Assembly (NCBI GenBank): GCA_030390025.1
Contig: CM059432.1
Coordinates: 33,172,001-33,236,000 of the forward strand
Direction of reading: 5' to 3'
Length of the DNA stretch: 64,000 bases
Source: Squalus acanthias
Taxonomy: Eukaryota
Position numbers and translations under genes: made by a program. This document shows positions 26,389 to 38,442 of the stretch, one piece after another. How positions within the stretch are numbered: position 1 is the stretch's first letter; every line of letters begins with the position of its first letter. The notes beneath the pieces are model-generated. The model made no database searches. It was not told the origin of the DNA and saw only the letters and a program-made list of their open reading frames with translations.

Positions 26389-27469
26389 TAACCTTGAGTA
26401 TTCCTTTAAAAGCCCAGACGATTAGAAGGTGTCTCATCATGGATAAGGGAAGTGGCAATTTAGGCCGTAGTTATTTTATAACGAGGTTTCTTTTGAAAGA
26501 CAGAGTTAATATGGACAGAAACAGCCCCAGACTTGCAGCGTGGAACTTGTCTTTTCTCTTGGTGTTGACCAAAATAATTGGCAATATTGTGATGACTCAA
26601 TGTGTCACAGTGGAGTTTGGGGCATGTGTCTATAAAATCAGTGTCTGTGCACAGTTGTTGCTATAAAACTAGTGCCAAGTCATGAATGTAGATCAAAAAC
26701 AAATACTTCAACTTGCTTTTATGTAACGTAACGCCCTTTGTATATTTTGCTTTTGCACCATTAATTGAGTTTAATCTGTATATATCTGCCCTTTCTTGTT
26801 TTGTGCTCAAGTTGAAGCATGTCACTATTGGACAAGGAACTCTTTTTTTCTATTTTTGGTGCCAAGTGTCAGCATCAAACAACCCAGATCATGTATAGCA
26901 TGATTTAGAATGCAGTGTGCTAATCCAGTTCCTTCCGCTCCTCCCCTACCCAGATGTTTTATTTGAGAAATAATCTCCACGAATGTCCTTAAAAGGGTTA
27001 ATGTGCCTTGTATTTTTTTTGGGGGGGGAGGGGGAAAGGGAAGTTGGTAGCCTGTCTTAACTACTGTGTTGTGATCTGTATTGAGGAAGTAGGATATGTA
27101 GTCAGGCAAGCTACAAAAGTGCTGTTCAAGAGAGTTTGTAGAATACAGGGTCATGAAACAGAAACTCCTCTTCAGCAGTTCTGTTAACTTTCCAATTCAG
27201 TGATGAGAATGATCCAGGGATCATTACTAAGGGATATATCTGAGGCTGGAAGTTGCTCCTGCCTCTGTCCGCACTTGTAGCATAATGATTTGAATGTGTA
27301 ATTTCAGGATCCTGTCCCTTGTTTTCACACTGGAGATGGTGGTTACCTCCTAAAGTAAGACTTCCATTTATGTTGCGCTTTTCATAACCTCAGGACATAG
27401 GATGGTTACAGCACAGAAGGAGGCCATGCTGGATCTCTGCAAGAACACTTCAGCTCGTCCCACTCCCCC

Positions 27470-27770
27470 GCCATCTTTCGGATGAGACGTCAAACCGTCT
27501 GCTTTTTCAGGTGGACGTAAAAGATCCCATGGCACTATTTCGAAGAAGAGCAGGGGAGTTATCCCCGGTGTCTTGGCCAATATTTATCCGTCAACCAAAA
27601 TAACAAAAACAGATTATTTGGTCGTTATCACATTGCTGTTTGTGGGAGCTTGCTGTGCGCAAATTGGCTGCCGCATTTTCCACATTACAACAGTGACTCC
27701 ACTTCAAAAGTATTTAATTGGCTGTAAAGCGCTTTGAGATGTCCGGTGGTCGTGAAAGGCGCTATATAAA
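27470..27770 (+). mobile_element. 5'-truncated Deu-domain SINE
   Basis: tcaggtggacgtaaaagatcccatggcactatttcgaagaagagcaggggag core plus tail. Confidence 0.85.
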
Positions 27771-27796
27771 TCATAACTTCCTTGCTTTTGTACTCG

Positions 27797-30700
27797 GAGC
27801 TCGATTTTAATAGCCCTTTGGAGGCAGGTCTGTAGCGAAAATCGGAAAAAATGGCTTTAGACACCCATCCTGCCCTCACCCGATTTTCGTGTCTGTTCAG
27901 CCGCTCCCGACTGGAACCCGTGGGACAGGTAGTTAAGGCAGTTAACTGCATTTCTAATCCTATTTTCATAGTGGTTTGCCATTTTCGGGCTCCTGGCTCC
28001 CGACTTGTCAGAAACAGGCCAGGTTCAAGGAGACGAGTTGCTGGAGGACATGATTTGTATGCATTGGTGGAGTGCTTTAAAAGTGCCCCTGAAACATGGC
28101 TGACATTCAAATGCAACAACTTTGCTGTTGTAGGTATGGGATAACATTCTGCTCATCTACTGACCTTCTGACTGTTCAAGCTGACACCCATCTGCAGTGT
28201 GACCGGAATGGAATAACTTCTGGCCACTTCGACTGTGTGCTTGCAAGCTTATTGCCTCAAATGAAATCTATAACAAGGGGATGGGAAACATTTATGCCCT
28301 CTCATCCTGGTCCTCATAATCGGAGGAGTAGCAGCCACGTGGCGCAGCGCAGATCTTCCTGGGAAGAGGAGCAGGACGAAGGCTGTCTTGTAGGCCCTGT
28401 TGTGACCAATGCAGCATTCTTCCCGTTCACTGCTGCCCGTCAACCAGGGTATGCACACTGCCATGCCACATTAGCATAAGCTTACTTTCAACCATAGGTG
28501 GCCACCATATAGCTCTGTAATTGCAGGTGACACTTGTCCAATGTCATACATCATCTCTGCTATACTCTGTTATTTCCTATCTCTTTCACCATCAGCTTTA
28601 CAAAAGCAAGTCATCCTGAGCCCTCAATGTGCTTTTGCCATTTCCAATAACACACAGGCCACACAATCAACTGTTTGACATTATTTTTCTTTGTAAATAT
28701 CACAAAAGGATAATAAACCAGCAACAGTCAGGGGAAAAAAAAAGATAAATCACCCAAGTGACTTCCCTTGTGACTATAGGTGCGTAATCTTTCTCTTGCG
28801 CGTGCTTCTACATGGTGCTTCCCCTGTGGCTTCAGTAGATGTAGAGGCACCTTGCTGACTAGGATGCTGAGCTTTCTTAGATGCCTTTGGCGGGCGTCCT
28901 CTGGGTTTGGGAGCCTGGGAAGGCTCTTCAACAGTCTGCTTTTCCTGCGGTTATGCAGGGGCTGAAACGGCCACCTCAGTTGTCTCCGCAAAATGGGTCT
29001 CTGACTGAGGGCTCCGTAGTGGCATGGTTATGTGAGCATTTTGAGAGGAACCCACGCTTCCTTCTGTCCTGCCAACAGCATCCCTCTCATGGGTCAGCTG
29101 CACCTGTGTGCTGGCAAATGGCTAGAAAGCACCTTGCTGCACTTTAGGGGGACCATGAGGACCCTTATCTGCACTGGCAGTCCTGATCAAAATCAAATGG
29201 ATGTCCATGAAGCTCTGGTCTCTGCTCAATAGCTGTCCCTCGCTCCTCCAGAGATGACATTCTATTTTGAACAGTCACCATGTTTTCCTGACTCTGGCGA
29301 CTTATTTCCTCCATAGCCATCCTTTCCACGGAGTCTGCCATCCTATACATGGTGGTGCTTTCATGCGCCATTGCCTCCACCATGGCAGTGCTGATGTTAG
29401 AGAAGACTCCTCCATTCTCTTCACACTCTCTCTAACCCTGGAGGCAAACCCTTCCAGAGACACCTGCACTTGTTCCTGTATTTCCTGAGATACTCTTTGG
29501 AGCGTCTGCATGCAGCTCCTTAGAGCTAAGAATCCTGCGACCTCCGCCGAGGACTCTCCACTGCTGTCGCTGTCTCCACCATCTGCTGATGTTCACTTGT
29601 GCGTGTAGGAGGTTCTGTTCCCGTCCCCCCCCTTACAGACAGTTCTTGGACTTCAGGATTTATAATAACAAAATACGCACAACACAGGATTTGGCTCAAC
29701 CTTCGATTTGTTGAACTCTCAAAACTCCCCCCGTACAAACCCTTCTGTGATTTGACCGGGATAACACAAAACCCACAATACAAAACCCTTACACAAGGTT
29801 ACCTGAAATGACACGAAATACCAGTTAAAAGCCTTCCGCAATTTAACTGAAACTAACACAAAATCCCACAGCACAAACCCTTCTGCGATTCGACTGCTAC
29901 TTAAAGTTACCCAGACAAATCCCTCTACGATTTGACAAACTTACAATCACTCACACAGCTGGTCGTTCTGGTGTTGATTGTAAGCCTAGGTGACCAAACC
30001 TTCTGTCCCCCTTTTATGAAGATACCTATCACGATATCTCGAACATATTTCCTGTAATGTCCGATGGTTAACACCTTTTAATTATGAAATTATTCCACGC
30101 CCTGGTCTACACAGGACCGGGTGGGCCTGATCAGTTCTCATGCTGTTTAAACAATGCAACCTTTCTATGGTACAAGATTCCTGGCTCCAAAGTTAACAAA
30201 TGTGAGAATGTCCCTTTTTCTTCTTGGCAGGAACCATTCAGATGGTAATGGACATCGTCCGGTGCTATTGTCTGTGCTGATGGCATTCTCAGTATCTTAC
30301 TTTTATTGAATCGATGGCAGTTGTCCTGTATCATTGACTATGATCATGTCTTTTCCATAGTTTTGTTGCAATGTTTGAATTAACCCCTTACTGCATAGCC
30401 CATCTCTGTGTCCTGAGGTATGGCTTTTATATTTCACAGTTCAATGTCCATGGTTTTTTTTAAATATTCCATAAATTTTACAGTTGGGGCAGAGGACCGG
30501 ACCAGGTTGCAACACTATTCTAACTCATGAGGGCCCCACCGAGGTGAGCGTTGCTGCGCTGGTGCTGGGTGTGCTGAGTCCTGGTGATGCTGCTCCCTCA
30601 GGGGCTTCAGGTTCCTCTGAGGAGTTGTCTGGCTCTTCGTCCTAAATCGTTGGGAGGGGGGCGCTCGATGGTCCTGTGGGGAGTAAAGGCATGACTTAGA

Positions 30701-31753
30701 CATCTGATATTGATGTAGCCGACACATCCTTTTGAGCAGATGACACAACACCATTCTCTATGAACATCATATGCCATTGCATTCTGAGAGGGATGAAACT
30801 CTATTATGTCACCAGCTTCCTCTAGTGTGCCTGTCTCTCCATCGCCCACTTCCAGGTCCTCGCCACTGCCAACAATCTCGTTTTCAGCCTCCTCAGCAAT
30901 GGTCAATGTGGCTAGGGTAGGTGTTCCTCCTCCAGTCATTGCTCTCTCCCTCTTATTGTGGGCTATCTTTTCCTGCAAGGAGGGACACAAGCGGTGTTTC
31001 AGCCACAGTGATGGAGTGAGTGTGAAGATGGGGTAAGGTGCCAAGAGGAAGGTAGCTCCCTGTGCATTTAGTTGTCACTGCATGACAGTGAGAGCGAGTC
31101 TAAGGGGTGTATACGCAGGATGCTGAAGTGATTCAGTGCAGAGACAGAGATGGATAGGTAAGGGTGCAAGGGAAGTAAGGGTAAGGTGGGATGTGAAGGA
31201 TGAGGCTTACAATGCAGAGTGCTGGTGATAAGAGAAGGGATCAGAGTGAAGGCAAGTGAGAGGATACTCACTTTTGATCTCACAAGATCATTAAACCTTT
31301 TTCGGCACGGGATCCATGACCGTGCATAAATGGACCTTGCGCTCACCTCCTGAGCAATGCGCAGCCAATCTGCCTTGGTCTGCTGAGGAGGCTTCCTCCG
31401 GCCATCAGGAGGGAAGAGAATCTCCCTGCGTCCTCTAACAGCATCCACAAGAACATGGAGGGATACATCATTAAAACGAGGAGCTGCTTTGCCTCTGGAA
31501 GAAGTCATTGCATCAAAATCAATTTCATAGAGTCCAGGAATCCACAAGAGGCTGAATGGTAGCTTTAAAAGCAGCAGCTATGATGACGTCATTAGAGGCG
31601 GCCAGCCGACCCGATCCCACTCATTGGACCGGCCAGCACGCCCCATTGAAATCAACATCGGACATCAGCAGCTGATCCCCGCCGGAAGCGGCTCCAGAAC
31701 CCACCCACCACACAACCCCACTCCAACCCACCTCGGCAATTAAAATCGAGCCC
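27797..31753 (-). mobile_element. Harbinger element with a spliced Myb/SANT partner pseudogene (exons 31508-31272, 30972-30813, 30673-~28790); transposase apparently deleted
   Basis: TIRs gagctcgattttaat / attaaaatcgagccc. MTSSRGKAAPRFND..FPPDGRRKPP..W..RSWIPCRKRFNDL | EKIAHNKRERAMTGGG with GT-AG introns. Flanking CR1 sequence gtactc|tatgcc is contiguous, but no clean TSD is visible. Confidence 0.88.
29604..30482 (-). mobile_element. LTR-like insertion inside Harbinger Myb exon 3
   Basis: Termini tgtaggaggtt...tttaca match the two TSD-flanked LTRs at 50444 and 62017. No TSD found; strand inferred by analogy. Confidence 0.6.
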
Positions 31754-31769
31754 TATGCCTCTATTTATG

Positions 31770-31994
31770 AAATTGAGAGGTCGCACAACACCAGGTTATA
31801 GTCCAACAGTTTTATTTGAAATCACAAGCTTTCGGAGCTTACTACTAAGCTCCGAAAGCTTGTGATTTCAAATGAAGGAGTAGTAAGCTCCGAAAGCTTG
31901 TGATTTCAAATAAAACTGTTGGACTATAACCTGGTGTTGTGCGACCTCTCAATTTTGTCCACCCCAGTCCAACACCGGCATCTCCGCATCATGA
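31770..31994. mobile_element. Short Penelope-type inverted-repeat insertion
   Basis: Perfect 77-bp inverted repeat 31770-31846 / 31879-31955 plus tail; TSD CCTCTATTTATGAA at 31758-31771 and 31995-32008; hammerhead-like stem II (ggag..ctcc) GAAA AAGCTT remnant. Confidence 0.8.
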
Positions 31995-32685
31995 CCTCTA
32001 TTTATGAACCCCAGGATCCCGTATGCTTTTTTAACCGCTTTCTCAACCTGCCCTGCCACCTTCAATGATTTGTGCACATATACCCCCAGGTCTCTTTGTT
32101 CATGCACCCCCTTTAGTTTATATTGCCTCTCCTCGTTCTTGCTACCAAAATGCATCACTTCGCACTTGTCTGCGTTAAATTTCATCTGCCACGTGTCCGC
32201 CCATTCCACCAGCCTGTCTGTCTTCTTGAAGTCTATCCCTATCCTCCTCAGCGTTCACTATACTTCCAAGTTTTGAGTAATTTGAAAATTTTGAAATTGT
32301 GCCCTGTACACCTAAGTCTAAGTCATTAATATATATCAAGAAAAGCAGTGGTCCTAGTACCGACCCCTGGGAAACATCAATGTATACCTTCCTCTAGTCC
32401 AAAAACAAACGTTCACCACTACTGTTTCCTGTCACTTAGCCAGTTCTATATCCATGCTGCCACTGTCCCTTTTATGCCATGGGCTTCAACTTTGCTAGCA
32501 AGTCTATTATGTGGCACTTTATCAAACGCCTTTTGGAAGTCCATGTACACCTCAAACTCTGTTACCTCATCAAAAACCTCAATCAAGTTAGTTAAACATG
32601 ATTTGCCTTTAACAAATCCGTGCTGGCTTTCCTTAATTAATCCACACTTGTCCAAGTGACCTGTTAATTTTGTCCCGAATTATTA

Positions 32686-35600
32686 GGGGGCGATTTTCCC
32701 ACTGGAGGCGGCTTTTGGTTTGGGTGCGTTTGAAACCTGCCTCCACTGATTTTTTCGAAAAAAAGAGATTTCATGATTTTCGCTTGATTTCAGAGGTGTG
32801 GGATGCCCTTGGTCAATTAGTGTTTTGGGAATGAAACCCACCCCTGTTGACAGCACTTTTCCAGTCTGATTTTATGGCTTCTTGCTCCCTTGGCTCATTC
32901 CACAGCATTTCTGCTTCTCCTGCACCACCTCCAACATCTTTTGAGATACGTATATCCAATTCCAAGGCAAGGGCCTACCCGAGGCTCTCAGATGAGGCGC
33001 TGCAAATGTTGTTTGAGGGGGTGAGAACTAGCATGGAGGTGCTCTTCCACTCATCTCAGAGGAAGAGGCCTGCCAAAGAAACCAAGGCTGTGTGGGTACA
33101 GCTGGCAAGGGATATAAGCTCCAGGTTTGTGTATTGATGAAATGCCATCCCTGTTGGAAAGCATTAACATGATTTGAAGCCAAAATGTTGGCGTTATGCC
33201 ATGTTACTTAGCCGCGGGCAACGCCACATTGCGTGGTCAGGTTGGTGGCCTGACTGAAAGGAGGCCAGAGAGTCATGTCCTTGACTCCATGCTCGGACTT
33301 CATTGACAATGGGCATGTGCCAACCTATACAAATCTGGCCATAAGTTCATCCCTGGCAGCCATGTGCTCGCGTGCTGCCCTGCCGCTGGTCAAAACACCG
33401 GCACTCTGACCTCCTCCTGCTCCTCTGCATCTGAGGAGGGCTGGAACTGAGCCGCTTGCTCATCAAGAAGCTGCAAGCCACGACGCTGTGCGATGTTGAG
33501 CAGACCACGACCATTCTGAGACCTTGTATGGTGTATACTGCAGGGCTCCACCTGATCGGTCAAGGCAACGGAAGCACATCTTCAGCAACCCAGTGGTCTG
33601 CTCTATGATGGACCTGGTCGAAGTGTGGCTGGCATTGTAGCGCTCTTCAGCCTAGTTAGCTGGCCTCCTGATCGGCGTCATTAGCCACTTCAGGGGATAG
33701 CCTTTGTCGCCAAGGAGCCATCCATTAAGTTGGTTTGGTGGATTGAAAAGCGGAGGAACATTAGAGTGCCGCAGGATGAAAGAATCATGGTAACTGCCAG
33801 GGTACATGGCGCAAACATGCAAGAACTCCTTCTTGTGGTTACACACCAGCTGTACGTTGAGGGAGTGGAAGCCCTTTTGGTTGACATGGATAGCTGGGTT
33901 GTGATGGGGCACCCTAAGGGCCACATGTGTGCAGTCTATGACGCCCTGCACCATTGGCATGCCTGCCATATTTGCGAATCCAACCGAACGGGCGGTTATA
34001 CTTGCTTGATCCCTTGTGAACTGGATGCAATTGTGGGACTTAGCAAAAAGGGCATCGGTAAACTGGGTGATGCACCTGTGGGCGGCCGACAGGTAGATGC
34101 CGCTGATGATCCCTGGAAGGAGCCTGAGGCAAAAAAGTTGAGTGTGGTGGTGACTTTGACAGCCACTGGTAAGGGGTGTCCACCCGTTCCTCTGGGTACC
34201 AGGTCTTGCTGCAGCAGGCCGCAGATCTCTTGGACAACCTCTCGCGAAAGTCTCAGCCTCCTTTGGCACTGCTGCTCACTCATGTTGAGGTAGCTCATCC
34301 TTTGTCTGTAAACCCTCTGTCGGAGGTATCTCCTGCGGCGAGGTGCCTCGATGCGCTGTTGCCTTCTGCCCTGTGCAGCATCAGGTGCCTGAGCAGGAGG
34401 TTGGGGCTGCAGCTGATGTTGCTGCTGAGCTGCCTGGTTCTGCTGCTGCGCTGGATGCTCCACATCCTCATCTGAGGTCCAAGGTGAAAGGAAATGAATG
34501 TTTCCCATTCTGCTTGCAGATGCCTCCTCTGGGGAAGCGCTCATTGTAAGTGCGGCGAGGGTCTTCACAGGAGGTCCCACAGTTGATGGAGTCAAGCTGT
34601 AGCACCTCAGACTTTGGAATGCCTTCTAAAAGTGCTCAGAGACCTTTTAAAGCCAAGGTCTGGCACCTGCAAGTAATCCTTGCTGCAGTAAACGATGTCT
34701 TGTTAGACCTGCAGCAGTGAGAGCCCACCCACGAGTCAACCCGTCAGGTTTACCTGGCGTGGTTCAGAAGTTGCGTGAAGCACATCGAAATGATGGGAAA
34801 TTCACGAGGGCCTCTCAAAATAGGCTTAGAGAGGCCCTTAACGAGCATTTGCAGACATTAATTAACGCAATGGCCAGCTGGAGGCGGGAGTGTTTCCCGA
34901 CCTCCAAAACCAGCACCGGCAAAATCCCACGGAGGCAGGTTTCGAACCCGACCTCATTAATTCTAATTTTCCCGCCTTTCCCGACTCCAAACACGCCTCC
35001 TCCGGCATCAGAAAATCGCCCCCACTATGTCCAATTCCAAGGCAAGGGCCTCCCCGAGGCTCTCGGATGAGGCGCTGCACATGTTGTTTGAGGGGGTGAC
35101 AGCTAGCATGGAGGTGCTCTTCCACTCATCTGGGAGGAAGAGGCCAAAGAAACCTCTGTGGGTACAGCTGGCAGGGGATACAACCTCCAGATCTGTGTGC
35201 AGATTGGGAGAATGTTTGTGTATTGATGAAATGCCATTCCTGTTGGAAAGCATTAATGGAGGATGGAGCCAAGGACATGTGCCAACTCGGTCAACCTATG
35301 CAAATCTGGTTCATCTCGGGCAGCCATGTGCTCTTGCTGCCACTGGTCGATACACCGGCGCTCTGACCACCTCCTCCTCCTCAGCCTCATCTGAGGTCCA
35401 TGCAGAAAGAAAATGAATGGTTCCCATGCGGCTTGCAGATGCCTCCTTTGGGGAAGCGCTCATTGCAAGCGGGGAGAGGGACTTCCAAGGAGGTCCCACA
35501 GTTGATTGATTCAAGCTGCAGCACCTCCGACTTCAGAAGGCCGTCTAAAAGTGCTCAGAGACCTTTTAAAACCAAGGTCTGGCACCTGCAAGTAATCCTT

Positions 35601-35916
35601 GCTGCAATAAACGATGTCTTGTTAGACCTGCAGCTGTGAGAAGCCCACCCACGAGTCAACCCGCCAGGTTTACCTGGCGTGGTTCAGAAGGTGCGTGGAG
35701 CACGCCGAAATCGTCAAAATCACGAGGGCTTCTCAAAATAGGCTTAGAGAGGCCCTTAACGAGCATTTAAATGATCACAAGTATCGCTATGGCCAGCTGG
35801 AGGCGGGACAATTTCCCCGACCTCCAAAACCGGCAAAATCCCTCGGAGGCGGGTTCCGAACCCGCCTTTATTGAATCTGATTTACCCGCCTCCTCCGACG
35901 ACAGAAAATCGCCCCC
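32686..35916. mobile_element. Compound PIF/Harbinger element (one left TIR, right TIRs ending 35023 and 35916)
   Basis: gggggcgattttc at 32686 and gaaaatcgccccc twice; Myb start fragments on + at ~32950 and 35027; transposase on the minus strand. Confidence 0.9.
33325..34508 (-). pseudogene. HARBI1-like DDE transposase, frameshifted and with a stop
   Basis: [68 protein letters not shown] are canonical Harbinger transposase motifs. Confidence 0.93.
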
Positions 35917-36379
35917 ATTGTTTCTAAATGCTTCCCCACTACCGAGGTTAAACTGACTGGCCTGTAGTTTCTGGGTTTATCCTTACACCCTTTTTTGAAC
36001 AAGGGTGTAACATTTGCAATTCTCCAGTCCTCTGGCACCACCCCCGTATCCAAGAAGGATTGGAATATTATGGCCAGTACCTCCGCAATTTACACATTTA
36101 CTTCCCTCAGCATCCTAGGATGCATCCCATCCGGTCCTGGTGACTTATCTACTTTAAGTACAGCCAGCCTTTCTAGTACCTCCTCTTTATCAATTTTCTC
36201 CCATCCAGTATCTCAACTGCCTCCTCTTTCACCATGACTTTGGCAGCATCTTCTTCCTTGGTAAAGACAGATGCAAAGTACTCATTTAGTACCTCTGCCT
36301 CCATGTGCTCAAGTTCCTGGAGTGGGACTTGAACCCACAACCTTCTGACTGAGGCGAGGGTGCTACCCACTGAGCCACA

Positions 36380-36900
36380 GCAGCACACACTTGCGCTGCA
36401 GGGTGACCATCTCCTGAAACATGCTATCCACGTAGCTCTCAGCGTCACGGATGCACCGCAGTGACGCCAGCTGCTGCACAAGCTCCGAAACCTGGAGCTT
36501 GAGCTCCTCCAGCTGATGACACTTCCTGCACGTGGTTATCCTGGACACAGGAAGCATCATGGAGTTCCCACATGGCACAAGATATGCATTCCACGGGACC
36601 GAGTTGCCCTACCATGCCTCTACTTAATAGACATAAACTTAAGACTTAAAAAAAAAACCAACCACCAGCTATTTACATTGCTCCCTGCTGCTCGCACTCC
36701 CTCCGGGCTCTGGGACTACCTTTATCTGCGGCCACTCGTCTCGCTTTCCCGCAGGTCTCGTGTATATCAACTGAAAGACCTTGGGTTCTGTGGCTCCACT
36801 CCTTCCTTTCAGTCAGACATCTGCCTCTCCACTGAATTCCTGCTCTCTCCAAATTCCTCCACTCTGCTTGCATTCTCCCAGCTCTGTGCTCAAGCAAACT
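36380..36900 (-). mobile_element. CR1 5'UTR and ORF1 N-terminus
   Basis: CRKCHQLEELKLQVSELVQQLASLRCIRDAESYVDSMFQEMVT, homologous to 3026-3265. A SINE head lies at 36301-36380. Confidence 0.85.
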
Positions 36901-36939
36901 AGTGCCTAATATATACCTTTTGAGTCAAACAATCGACAT

Positions 36940-37318
36940 CCCAAGGCAATGGAGTACTTTTTGAAATGTAGTCACTGTTAATGTAGGAAACACGGCAGCC
37001 AATTTTCACGCAGCAAGGTCCCACAAACACCAACGCAATAATGACCAGATAATCTGTTTTAGGTGTTGGTTGAGGGATAAATGTTGGTCAGGTCACCAGG
37101 TAAACGCGCCTGCTCTTCTTCGAATAGTGTCCTGGAATCTTTTACAGCCACCTGAGGGGGCAGACAGGGCCTCAGACAACACTTCCGACAGTGCAGCACC
37201 CCCTCAGTACTGCACTGATGTGTCGGTCTAGATTATGTACTCAAGTCTCTGGAGTGGAACTTAAACCTGTGACCTTCTGACTCAGGAGAGAGCGTGCTAC
37301 CAACTGAGCCATGGCTGA
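36940..37318 (-). mobile_element. Deu-domain SINE
   Basis: Reverse complement of the 23862-24270 family. Confidence 0.85.
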
Positions 37319-38442
37319 CGTGGTTAATTGAACAGGTGTGGTTGTTCGACAAGGATAAGCCAGAGGATACACTGTACATATTGGGACATGTAACACTGTC
37401 ATTCTGTGGCTAAAATACAGCTGTGTGTAACCAGAGGTTAATTAGAGGCTAATTGCTCTTTTCCCCAGTGTGACAATGAGATGTTTGTCGGTCTCTCTCG
37501 CGCCTTTTCACCCTTCACTATTTTCACATTCTCTTTATCTCTCGCTGATCTTTTCTGTTAGCAGTTTTCTAATTGGCATTTTTCAGTTATTTAACTCTCT
37601 TTCCTGTTCAGTTTCTTTCTTCTCTCTCTCTCTCTCTCTCTCCTCCTTTGAGTCTTAAAACCAATGTTTTTGACCAGCTTTAAGTCAGCAGAAAAAGTGA
37701 AGTTTAAAATTATTTTTGTGGATCGGGGGCGTGTTCCCTTTAAATTTTCTTTGTACAGGGCGGGCTACAAACTCCTCTGAGCACTACTTTTTTTGTCCAT
37801 GGGCAGTTTACCTTTTAAGTCACCTGAACTGCTGGGTTACTACAATTGTATAAATGAATTGAAAATACTTTCCAGTATAGCACACTAAAATGACCTTACT
37901 TACGTGAAAATGTTACACATACGCCGCCGCTAGCTCAAGAAAAAAACAATGAAGGGCTAATTTATCAGTTCCATATAATCTGCATTAAAACAATAACCAC
38001 TTAAAGTATATATACACACAACATTGCAAGTAAAATAAGGTTTATACTTGCTGAACATGACATACATTATGCTGGAAATTTCTCCCGTCTAGCTTTCTCT
38101 GTTTTCCAGTGATGGAAAATTCTGTTGAGGTTGACCTCTCCATTTGCTGCGAGGTAGGATTTTATCCTCATAAGATGGTAACTTCCAGTCTGTAGCGAGA
38201 CTTGGTTTTGATTTGGTTTATTAACCTGAAACCACGCTTGCAATCAGCACTGGAGGTTTGAAAGGTGCAACAACCAACCAAGCCAAGTCTGTAAACTGCT
38301 CTTCTTTCAGGGTGTAAGTTACCATGTTGGCAAATGGATTATTGTACCCGCTTTCAGTTTTATAGTCTGTACGACTTGCAGATGCGATTGGTTATTGATC
38401 CATCGGTTTGCACTCGCAGATTCAAGACTGCTTGGTACTTGT

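Larger units (their letters stand above)
31754..36300 (-). mobile_element. CR1 RT region fragmented by nested insertions
   Basis: WQMKFNADKCEVMHFG, QHGFVKGKSCLTNL, YMDFQKAFDKVPH, PEDWRIANVTPLFKKG..NYRPVSLTSVVGK. Confidence 0.9.

Noticed and set aside
27308..27353. Possible 46-nt exon (tttcag|...aaa|gtaaga)
   Set aside because: The donor is formed by the reverse-complement tail of a SINE, and there is no coding or homology support.
29735..29936. CRISPR-like repeat-spacer array
   Set aside because: Eukaryotic LTR context, degenerate repeats, irregular spacing and no cas genes.
30483..30500. tggggcagaggaccgg after the LTR as an initiator-Met primer-binding site
   Set aside because: The match is only partial, and TATA/polyA signals of the related LTRs indicate minus orientation, which puts any PBS on the other side.
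33325..34508. Domesticated HARBI1 host gene
   Set aside because: It has a frameshift and stop, lies between TIRs and is inserted in a CR1, so it is a transposon copy.
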